A stretch of 63,333 bases of DNA, counting the filler, from Reticulomyxa filosa (lineage: Eukaryota > Protista > Foraminifera), in the NCBI GenBank assembly GCA_000512085.1. It is 24 parts of 24 records of this genome, joined end to end, with 100 filler letters (N's around TTAATTAATTAA, not from the genome) between each part and the next. Parts side by side here need not be neighbours in the genome. Positions count along the whole stretch, not along the records: positions 52,749 to 55,868 come from ASPP01028510.1; positions 55,969 to 60,181 come from ASPP01023280.1; positions 60,282 to 61,355 come from ASPP01012970.1; positions 61,456 to 63,333 come from ASPP01004810.1; 20 more parts are not named here. The stretch is one strand, 5' to 3'. Positions 52,749-63,333 of this stretch are shown one piece after another. The notes under the pieces are model-generated. The model had not been told where the DNA came from. It searched no databases and saw nothing but the letters and a program-made list of their open reading frames with translations. The stretch's first letter is position 1, and the number at the start of each line of letters is the position of its first letter. Made by a program: the position numbers and the translations under genes.

Positions 52749-55700
52749 TTGTATGCTTGTTGTTCCTTTTCATTGTTCATATTCTCCACTTTCTTGGCAA
52801 TTGCCAGCAAATCGTGAATGAAATGCGGATAGTTGCTTTCTTTCAACAGCCCACTGTTCTCAGCTGCTTTAAGAATACTTGGAATAACTTCATCGCTGGA
52901 TAGTAATCCAGTGGAGGACAAGGAATGAATTTGTCCTCCAATGTCTTTGGTTTCAATTGAGAAAGCCGCAAGTCCAAAATGAGCCACGCATAAGCGGCGC
53001 ACTTCGATGGCACGACATTGAGACAGCAATTGTTCCACTTCTCTACTTTTGTGTTTTGTGGAAAACTCAAACATCAAAGAAATGATCGGCGTCATAGCCA
53101 CACACAATCGATGCATTACGAGAATAAACTCATCTATTTTTTTTTTTTATATGCAATAGATGCAGAGAAAGTTATACCAAAAAATTGTTTTAAAAAGTTA
53201 ATACCAATGTTGATATTGAAGAAATGCTGACACAAGTTATTCGTAATTTGTACCAAGAGATCAAAGGAAGGCAGCGTTTGCTCTACAGAAATTTCGAGTT
53301 GATTTATGTCTGTTCCCTTGATTAGAGAAAAAATTGTAACATATTTCATTATAACATCGCCATAAAAATACAACACAGTCTCGCAATTGGCCAAAGATAT
53401 GGAACCACACACAGTACAGGCAATGCAAAGGATGATGTCTTTGAGCGATGGTACTAAATTAGATGCAACGGAAAATATCTCCACGATCACATCCATCACA
53501 TATCTTTGACAGGTATCTTCGCTGCAATTATTCAATGAAAAAAATTCTACAAGCCGAGTTGCCAATAGTTTTCCGCTTTGAACAATTTTTATACGTTTGC
53601 CACTTTGTGTTGTAATAAATTGGTGCTGCTCCGAGGTTTTCTGATCTTCCACCTTGGTTTCTTCTATGTTCATTTCTTCCGTTTTAATTTCGTCTGTCTT
53701 TATTTCTTCCACTTTGACATCCTCTATTTTAATGGTTTCATCCAATGCCATGACTCTGGGATTGTTCACAATTTCATCGACCAACTGCTTTTGGCACCAG
53801 CGATGAAGCAAATGACTGAAAGGAAATTGAGCTATGTATTTTATTGGCACCACGTGGAGTTCGATCGTATCCTCGGCGAGTCGTGATGTGACCTGTTTAA
53901 TTTCCTCAATTTGCAATAGCGAAAAGCTCTTTGCGCAACTGACAAAAATGTGATCCAATTCGGTCATTTGCCGTTCAAATCCATTGAAACAGGTTTGGAA
54001 ATAACAGTTTTCATAACATGCTAGTAAAATATTGATCAAGCCCATCGTCACCAATTTGTCAGTGGTATGTTTGTAATGTTCAAAGAATGAGCCTTCGCAC
54101 AGCTGATTCTCATCATTTTTGCTTCTTTTTGCGCACTGAAGGATGATATGTGCAATGGGCTCATTGATCAGTCCAATCGACAAAACCGATAGCAAGCGCT
54201 GCTTTATCACTGCTTGAAGCTCTTCGAATACATTATCTTTGAACAACAAAGACACTCGTTCCAACTCCTTGTACACATCCACACAGGCAGGGAAACGGAG
54301 ATGTCCCAATGCTCGTCGAATATTGTTGCAAATATTTGGTGTCGGCTCATTTTTGATTACATCCGTCACTCTTTGCGTCAACAACGTCTTCAGATTAATG
54401 GACTCGGTGCAAGACAGATAGTCTATGTATACGTACTTCCACTTCCTTGAAAATATCAAAGGGAAGGATCCGTCCACCACGCCTTTGCCAATATGAATAA
54501 TGCAAACAACTGTCTTCTTCAATTCCTTATTTTCTGACTTGAGGTGTTTATGATGAGCTTTTTGGAGTATATGCTTGATTTGGATAAACTGTGTCTGGTT
54601 TTGCGGTTCATAGCGATATTGCAACAGTAATCGATTTTTATTTGATTTAGGATTGAAGAAACTTTCCACGGCTTTCTCAAAGTCGCTTGCCTTGTTATAA
54701 TCTTCGACTTTTAACAAATCGGCATGCCACTCTTTGCCAAGATTACATTCAAAGTCCAGTGTCAACACCATTAGCATTTGCTCAGCAAATTTGTCGTGAT
54801 GTTTGTCAACGATCATTTTCTGTTACATACAAAGTATTTGTGATATGGTGTCACATGATCTATAAATCATATAAAGATATAATTTTTTTAAAAAAATAAT
54901 ACAAGGGTGGGAAAATGCTCTGGTTGTGCTGGATCATCGCTGGGACGATATTTTTTTTGAATTGCTAATTCGATGAGTTTTTCCGGTCGACACATTGGTC
55001 GAAACAGTTCTAACATCTTCAATTCTATGTCTGTGAGGTTAAGTGTCTCTTCATTTTTCCCTACTTTTTGTTCATCATATTTCTCGTCGTGCTGTTCCTC
55101 CGCCAATATGCAAAGTGCCGAGGGAATGGTATCATCACAAAATCCAGGAAACAGATCACTCAATTGGCCTCCTCTCATCCCAAACGCTTGACTAAGTTTG
55201 TCTCGCATTTCTTGTATGTGCGCTCGAACTTTTGGCTGCAATGAACTTTCGTACGAAATAAGCTGCTTTTCAAAGCGGTTTAAAAACGCAATGGGCATTT
55301 CCGGAGAGTAGGCGACGGACTTCATAACAATAACAACCAATTTAAAATTTTCACTGACATAGCAATCTCTGCTTTCGCTGCCCAAAGCCACTCGACAATA
55401 GGGTTGACCAGAGGGTCTCTTTTGATACCTTTGATTTAACATGTCATACAAACTTTCATGTATGTTTTCGAGATTATACATCACCGCTGTTTTGCCACCT
55501 TCCATGCAGCTGATAATTTTGTTTAGGTGATTATAGTTGGTTATTGTTGTGAGTCGATCTGCAGGGAAGCAGCCTCCAAATAAAAACTCATTGTCATACT
55601 TCAACACATCTTGGTCCAGCAACACTTGCCAGGAGTGCTCAAGATCACTGATCACCATGCAGTGACGACTAATCATGTAATTATCTCCAAGTAATGGTGA

Positions 55701-55868
55701 ATTATTGCTCTTTGTGTCCATCAAGTTTTTTCGAACACACTCCAAAGGGGTCCATTTGCTCATTTTATTGGAAATTTCGCTCTTCTCCATACCCAAAACC
55801 TCCTCCAAAATCGCCCCCAAATGCCCTTGTAACTTACTTGCTGGGATTCCGCCAAAGTTGCGCATGAA
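52749..55868 (-). CDS. RNF213: RNF213/mysterin-like giant AAA+ protein, internal fragment; exons 55868-54903, 54819-53205, 53133-52749
   Basis: The sequence reads MRNFGG..ISRHCMVI..FGGCFPAD..NHLNKIISCMEGGKTAVMYNLENIHESLYDMLNQRY..YCRVALGSESRDCYVSENFKLVVI..PIAFLNRFEKQ..FPGF. This is colinear with RNF213 as I recall it (LRNFSG, SRYLL, FGSGFPKD, CMETGK, NLYESLYDALNQYY, PIPLINRLEK). GT-AG introns 54902-54820 and 53204-53134 keep the frame. Confidence 0.85.
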
Positions 55869-55968
55869 NNNNNNNNNNNNNNNNNNNNNNNNNNNNNNNN
55901 NNNNNNNNNNNNTTAATTAATTAANNNNNNNNNNNNNNNNNNNNNNNNNNNNNNNNNNNNNNNNNNNN

Positions 55969-56310
55969 CCATGAATGTAAGTATGGTCCAGTCAATTTCA
56001 TTCAAAACTACATTAATGATTTGATCGTTGTGTGCCCATTGCAATATCAACTTAATGCAAAAGACATTATTGGACTATTCGTTTTTGGGATACTCGAACC
56101 ACTAAGCAATCGCATGTCCTCAATGAACATAAAAAACCAGTGACTTGTATTCAATTTGCACAATTACTAACCAATGTCATTTCTCCTGCTTCCGATATTA
56201 TTAATACATCAAATGGTATTGGTCCAGAGCCAGATGCAACAACCAATACTTCATCTCAATTTGTTTTGTGTTCTGCTTCATACGATGGAACTGTCTGTCT
56301 CTGGGGATGA
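55969..56310 (+). pseudogene. Internally deleted RING-like/WD40 gene relic
   Basis: FIQNYINDLIVVCPLQ is joined out of frame to TIRFWDTRTTKQSHVLNEHKKPVTCIQF..VLCSASYDGTVCLW. Confidence 0.6.
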
Positions 56311-59300
56311 ATATATCAAAGAAGTCTTGACTCTCGGCAATTGAATAGTCCACAAAATGGAATAAACTTCCTTTGCTTGTTTGGATAATTATTTTGTATT
56401 CAAGTTTGTGTCAAAATAACTGTTTAACTTTTTTGTTTAATTTACAAAATGTAACACTCCAGAAATAGCCATTCGACTTTTTTGTTGTTTGATTTGAACA
56501 CAATCTGTAATTCGTCTTATTTTTTTGTAGACTCAATGATAATGATTTTTGATTATTATTCACAAAAACTAGAGTACATACATTTTTCTCACACCATTTA
56601 AGTGTGAGATTGCAGCTGTTTTAGAGCAATAATATCAATTGGCAAATATGAAGAAAAGCTATTCTTGCTTGATTTGAAATAGGCAGGATCCTGAAGAAGA
56701 TATAATATAATGACGCTATTTTTCAGAAAAAAAATTAACATTCGTTTGAACGGTCAAAAGATGAATACACCTTAAGAGTGCAAAAAAAAAGACGAATGCA
56801 ACACAACACAAACAAACACAAATGAAAAAAAATAAATTCTAAACAACGCTAAAAAAAAACAAAAAGAATATATGAATATATGTTTAAATATACCATAAAT
56901 TCATTTTGTCTTTTTCTTAAAGAAAGTGGGAGAATACGAACGAACAATAATAACAGTGAAAAAATAAACAATAAAGCAAATGAAACTGTATGATGAACTG
57001 CTATTTCATCTTGTTTGTCGCTTCTTCTTGCTTCTTTTTTCAATGTTATCTTTGGCTGTGACTTTGAGTATTAAATCCAACCGAAAAGGCATTGCAACGT
57101 GTTTTGTATTGAAATTTAGATTGAAGTGAATAGAAGACTGGAATTGATTAGATTGAATGAACGCACGAACAGATGGACGAATAAATGAATGAGTGGACGA
57201 GTAAACAAATAGTTGAATGAGATCAAATTTGGATGAATGTAACAATTGACCAAATGATATGGATAGAATACACAAATTATGTAAATTTGACGCATGTATG
57301 TATCTGTGAAATAGTGACAGTTACAAATGCTTTTCTAACAACTGGAAACGCATTAACAAATGGATGCTAAATCAACGAGTTTGAATGAATATCAAAATAT
57401 AGTGTATTCTCAAATGGCTCAAAAATCAAATTATCGAGCGAAATTACAATGTGCACAAATTTGTTTCGAAATAAATGAACCAATGAATTGACATTATGCA
57501 ATCAATCCACACCACATTGTATCGATAATCATTTATTTTGTGTATTGAATAAAATAATCCATTTTACCAATCACATGTTTTATATATCAATATTGTTATC
57601 CAATATTTATGTAAATGCGAATTCAATATAATGTGTAAAATGATATTAGACGTTTTCTTCACTAATAGTGCACATTGATGCAAAGGTAATAATCTGCAAG
57701 AAAATAAATTTAGTTTCTTTTAATTAATTATCTATTTCATATATTGTGTATATCATACGAAATGTGTATTCATTCTCATATTTAAAAAAACAAGATATGA
57801 TGATACCTTTGCCAAATGAACAAAAAACAATAGATATTCCGATAATTGACTATCTAAATAATATTCAAATTAAAAGTATCTTTCAAATAAAAAACACAAA
57901 TTTTGACTTGATATTGATTTGTGCTAGTTGATACTCCATTGTAATCTTCAAATAGATTCGAGGATCAATGTAACAAAGATGAACACAGTTGAGTAAAGTA
58001 TTGTATATCAAATAGTCATATGTATGGAGATTGTAAGATGAAGAGATCAAATGAAATAAACGATATATAATAGTAATACAACGTTTCATATAATTGAGTT
58101 GATTATTGAATAATTAGTACATTTGGATATCGATATCAACGTGGAGACGGGTTAGAAATGCAGTGAAAGAAATGACTCTTGGATCTTGTGTGAGAAATAT
58201 CGCATGAATTGGGAAATCTAAAGTTGTAAATTTATCCAAACGACGTTCGACAATAACAGTTGACATATTTATGGTAAATGTCAATGTAGACGTGGATATG
58301 AATGCATTAAAAGTGGATCGCCGATGATAAACTATTAACGTATGTAATGTATTATGAGCATGAATGAGAATCGGAGCATTGAATACTAATTAAAAACGCT
58401 GGTGACAGATGTTGTCATGTGGTTTGAAGGAGACAACCAAGTATCGATTTCAACGAGATTATTGATTGTTGTATTGAGCTTCTTTTTGCTTGATGTCACA
58501 CACACAAATCCATATTTCCACATGAAAATAAGATGACGACGATATCAATGACATGCAATTCTAAATAATTGCAATGTAGTCGAATTGGTATGCTTCTTTC
58601 TTATCTTTTGCTATTTATACAAAAAAAAAAGAGTGATAGATGTAAGATACAGTCGTTCAACGGGACCAGGAAGCAAATACAAATATTTGCACAGTTATTC
58701 AATTCTTCAATACTTCGATGTGCATATCATATTTAAACTAAATGAAATTACAACATATCACATATGAACTGCGCTATCAAACACTATATACTCGATTCTC
58801 ACCGTCATTTTTGGCTGGTACTTCTTTTTTTTAAACTGCGGTTGATGATACATCGGGCTGTATGATTGAAATACAACATATATACATGTTGTCTTTGAAT
58901 TGAATCTTGATCAGATGATCGATCCATCAAACTCATGGGACATCCAAAAAAAAATGGAAGCTGATTAAATTGGGCTCGAATGGATTGATCGAATGCACTA
59001 AATCGAATCAAATTGATTCGAATGAATTGAATGGGTTGAATTGATTGAATGGATACTTGTGATTTGATCGGGCCAAATTGTACTCGTGATAATGGAATAA
59101 ATGATATTGTATTTGGGGATGGATTGGATCTCATGGATTTTTTATCTTTTTTCATATCAGTTTTTCATCTTTATTTATTCATATATATCCATTTACTTAT
59201 TTGGAATGGATTATTAGATAGAGTGAGGATTGAAGGAACAGCGATACCCTGTCTATTACCATATCCCCAACCCACACAACACTTTGGTAGTATCAGTGTA

Positions 59301-60957
59301 TATTAATATGAAAATACAGATACAACAAACAACAAAGAAAATCACTTAAATTTTGTTATTTTGTCTTGTTGTGCTGTTTCCACACACACAAATCATGTTT
59401 GTTAAATTTGGTATTTTATTTAGATAGAAAACAAAGAAAAAGATTAAAAAAACACAAATCGACTTAAATGGTTTTGTTGGGTAATGTTTGCTGTCAACAA
59501 GGTATCCAACACTTCCTTTCTTCACTCACTCTCTTTTTTCTTTTAATTTTTTTTTTTTATGTAACAATAATAAGAAATGATGAAAAACTGAAACAATTAT
59601 AGAAATGATAATCCAATGCAATCACAATCACAATATGTAATCCCCTTATTATTTTAAATAATGCCAGTTATCACTTTCCAAGTTAACTCAACCAAATCGA
59701 TTTATTTTAAATTTAATCCAATCCTAATTCAATCCAACACACTCAACCAATCCCAATATGATACTAAGCTGCCATTTATCCGAATGCCATATAATCACAA
59801 CATGTCTGTAAATCAATAACCCGTTAACAAAAGACATTGCATGATGTCGTTAGAAAAGGAAGCTCAAATTTGCATTGCATTGCCAACGCACAAAAAGAAA
59901 ACTACACATGTTATTCATTGCACTTTATGAACTTACAATCCAATATCGAACTTACTATGACAATACAAATGATCATTCATTTGGAAGTTTCAATGCATTG
60001 ACCAGTATCCAAATAAGCGTTTAAGTTTCAAAAGCTCCAACATATTCAATGTCTTTTCACTTGATCCAGACAAGAGTCCAATCTTTTGGTATCAAAATGC
60101 AACGATTGAAAAACTGGTTATGTAAATATATACGGAGCCATCTGCTCAAGGTCACACAAAAACAAACAAGCAAATCATCAANNNNNNNNNNNNNNNNNNN
60201 NNNNNNNNNNNNNNNNNNNNNNNNNTTAATTAATTAANNNNNNNNNNNNNNNNNNNNNNNNNNNNNNNNNNNNNNNNNNNNTTAATTGAGGACGAAAGTG
60301 AAGAAGTTTTGCTGAAATTGAAAACAAAAACTACTTTGCTCCTTTTATTTATTTGTTTTGTCCAATTTTTGCCTGCTGTCTTTTTCTTATGTGTCCCTTT
60401 CACCACTGCCATGTTGGGACTTTATTTTTTTTTTCCCATATCTCTTGAAAAAAACTTATTTCGTTTTTTTCCGGTTTTGATGGGGCTCTTTTTTCCCTTC
60501 TCTTTGTTTTCCTTCCCCAATGTGTTGTTGCATAATAAACGGTAAAGGAAGCCTTTGCAATGAGAAAAAAAAGCCTTTACGTGTTCTGGGGCATATTGTT
60601 TCTATTTTTTATATTTTGGGATGTTTTTTGGTGATTTATGCACAAATATGAGATGTGTTAAAAAGTGAGTTGCTCTTGATGTCATTACTTTGTTTTATGT
60701 TTTTTTAACTGCTTAAGTTTTTTGTTAAGTGATGTACATTACAAATTGAGACAACTCACACTTTCGTGATCCACAATAATTTTTTCGGATTGAATTGCCA
60801 GTAGTTTGCATCGATACTTGAATACAATTGATATACTATCCCATTCTCTTTCAGTACCAATCTTTGAAACGCAGCAAAGTCACTTACAACGTCAAAAAAG
60901 TTCTTTTGTCCAAAAAAAAAAAAAAGTGAGCGCAATTATAAATTTTTAGCTAGTCCG

Positions 60958-61230
60958 ATGACAGAGAGAGAAAGCACCTCAAATGGCACAAGAAAATCCT
61001 TTTGTGATTGTAGCCTGGAGATATCGTTGGAAAAATTGCGAAGGAATTTTGAAGAGTCCTTAGAAAAGTGGAAACAAAAATGTAGTCTTCTTGAACAAAA
61101 ATATAACGCTTTAGAAGAAGAATACGAGCTGTGCAAAGAAAGGAACGAAGAGCTCGAAGCCAAGATAAAACAATTGGAGGAGAAAGCAACAAATGAACAA
61201 TTGCAATATGTACCATCATTAGAGGTTTGA
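60958..61230 (+). CDS. Coiled-coil protein, probable first exon
   Basis: ATG-initiated E/K/L heptad-rich ORF ending at a GT donor-like site (gag|gtttga). Confidence 0.5.
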   Translation: MTERESTSNGTRKSFCDCSLEISLEKLRRNFEESLEKWKQKCSLLEQKYNALEEEYELCKERNEELEAKIKQLEEKATNEQLQYVPSLEV

Positions 61231-61455
61231 TCCCACAATAATCAATTTGTTGTTGTTTTGGTTGTTTGATCTGCATACCGCGGGACACGTATATACATAT
61301 ATGTGTATATATATGTGTATAAAAGGAAGAGACTCAACGACATATGGAAAACAGCNNNNNNNNNNNNNNNNNNNNNNNNNNNNNNNNNNNNNNNNNNNNT
61401 TAATTAATTAANNNNNNNNNNNNNNNNNNNNNNNNNNNNNNNNNNNNNNNNNNNN

Positions 61456-61868
61456 TTATTATTATTATTATTATTATTGTTATTATTATTATTATTATTG
61501 TTATCTTTATCATTGTCATTGTCATTTGATAAATCCACTTTCCATAATACTATATCACACTCATTCCACGAGGAATCTGCTCCTTGTGCCACACTCAACA
61601 TATACTCATTGTTCTTACTCCAACAGATCCTTCCGACCGGAACTCGATCTTTTTTGCTTTCGATTGACGACGACAACGCTACCAAATTATATCTCTTATC
61701 TTTTCCCACTGCTCGCCATATTTTCACCACTCCGTCGAAACCGCACGACGCTACCCACTTCCTGTCTTTCGACACTTGAATGTCTGTTATCAACGCCTCG
61801 TGTGCGTCGCTCACTGTCAATACACGCTCATTCGATGTAATGTTCCACCTTACTATATGGGGTCCCAA
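61456..61868 (-). CDS. WD40-repeat protein exon with a poly-N tract, partial
   Basis: AHEALITDIQVSKDRKWVASCGFDGVVKIW..VGRICWS..DIVLWK. Confidence 0.8.
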
Positions 61869-61869
61869 C

Positions 61870-61902
<33 letters not shown>

Positions 61903-62631
61903 TAAATAAATTACAACTTCTTTTTTTTTTTGCCTCTCCTCCTCTGCTCTTATTGTTAACTGGCAAATCCACTTCGTCAAGATTATCCGATACAAATGCT
62001 ATCGTGTAGCAAGAACAATGAACCCCAAATATTCTTTCCGCACTATCGCAGGTTTATTGTTGTTAGTGTTTGCTTTGGACATACGCCGTGTTTGAGTTTT
62101 TGGTAAATCGACATATGAGTAGATTTTTGCCCTATCTAAACTTCAATTGTTGTGTTTTTGATACAACATCTTCTTTGCTTTCTGTCATTTGATAGTCATT
62201 TATTTGAGTCATATTGCTTTTTTTTTTTCCGTCCTCCTCTCCCATGTTTCGAACGAGGCCTTTCTTTGAGTCTCCGACTTAGCTGTACCCCCACAACACA
62301 TGTTGAAAAATTAAATGGCTCACACTTTCAAAAGAAAGAGTCAAAACAACACTTGATTGCCTTTTTAACACAAGTTAAAAGGCTTTCTTCAATTCTGAAG
62401 GATTTTCATTGACTTCTTTTAAAACTGGTTTATGAATAACCAAACCGTCGAACACTCAGAAATGAGAAGAATTGCTTAATTTTTTTTTTTTTTACTACTC
62501 TCAAAAATACATGAACTTTGATCTTTTATTGATTGTCTTCAACATTAAGAATTTCGCGGACTTTTAATTTTCGAATTGTGACCGGAAAAGTGAGTACTAC
62601 AAGCTAGAGAAAAAAAAAAAAAGCGGACTAG

Positions 62632-63213
62632 ATGACACAAACCCCAGACTCGTCGTCGTTTCCTCAAGAAGAGAGTACAAACCGAAACAGCACGAACCCA
62701 TTTAACTTGACAATCAACACGAACCTCGCTCGCAACACCAGCCAACAAGTGGTGGGTCCAAGCAACAATTCGACCTTACAAAACGTTTCGCAAACGGATG
62801 TCCAAACGCAAAACGAGGACCAAGCACAATCTCAATCTCTGACACAGTCGCAGTCACAATCACAATCACAATCACAATTACAGTTGCAGTCGCAGTCGCA
62901 ATCTCAAACTCAACCTCAAACTCAACCTCAAACTCAAACTCAACCTCAAACTCAAACTCAATCTCAAACTCAAACAAACCAAAATAGCAATCAAACACAA
63001 CTTTCAACCCAACTCCAAACGCAAACGCAAACGCAAACACAAAATGACCTCGGTGCAAATGCAAGTCTCCTGAGCACGGACAACACGCCCGTCATTGGCG
63101 GCATTGCCTTAGCCAATAACGGCACCACCATCCAATCCAACGCCAGCACTCCCGCCTTTACTCAAATCCCATTGAACAACACTTTCTTCCTTCCCAAATA
63201 TCCAGTTTTTTGA
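62632..63213 (+). CDS. Q/T/S-rich low-complexity protein, probable first exon
   Basis: ATG-initiated 193-aa ORF with QS/QT dipeptide repeats encoded by (caaact/caatca)n hexamers. Confidence 0.55.
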   Translation: MTQTPDSSSFPQEESTNRNSTNPFNLTINTNLARNTSQQVVGPSNNSTLQNVSQTDVQTQNEDQAQSQSLTQSQSQSQSQSQLQLQSQSQSQTQPQTQPQTQTQPQTQTQSQTQTNQNSNQTQLSTQLQTQTQTQTQNDLGANASLLSTDNTPVIGGIALANNGTTIQSNASTPAFTQIPLNNTFFLPKYPVF

Positions 63214-63333
63214 CTTTATTATTATTATTATTATTCCTTTCTTTTTTTTTTTTTTTTTTGTAATAATTGTATTTTATGTTGAAAGTGCGCGCGTCCCCCT
63301 TTTTTTTTTTTTTTTTTCCTCATTTTTGGGAAT

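Overview
This is not one locus. It is 24 short, unrelated contigs joined by an artificial 100-bp spacer (N44-TTAATTAATTAA-N44, stops in all six frames), so adjacency across spacers has no biological meaning. The DNA is AT-rich and eukaryotic, with short GT-AG spliceosomal introns, (AT)n and poly-A/T tracts, and the standard genetic code. The amplified kelch-like, WD40, HEAT, RING-like and PUB families, the divergent alpha-tubulin and the many pseudogenes suggest a foraminiferan, most likely Reticulomyxa filosa (my inference, not verified). Recognisable genes are a TEY-type MAP kinase, cytosolic malate dehydrogenase, a NIPA-type Mg2+ transporter, an SPX-domain protein, a HEAT-repeat protein, a kelch plus Pmp-like beta-helix protein, WD40 proteins and an RNF213/mysterin-like AAA+ protein. 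There is also a decayed APE-RT LINE retrotransposon, a truncated alpha-tubulin and several decayed, tandemly duplicated unknown genes. The best leads are the RNF213-like giant ATPase together with the fast-turnover repeat and ubiquitin-adaptor families (a hypothetical protist cell-autonomous defence repertoire), an apparently organelle-targeted helical-repeat protein, and introns with poly-A instead of polypyrimidine 3' tracts. All family assignments are from motif recognition; no searches were run.
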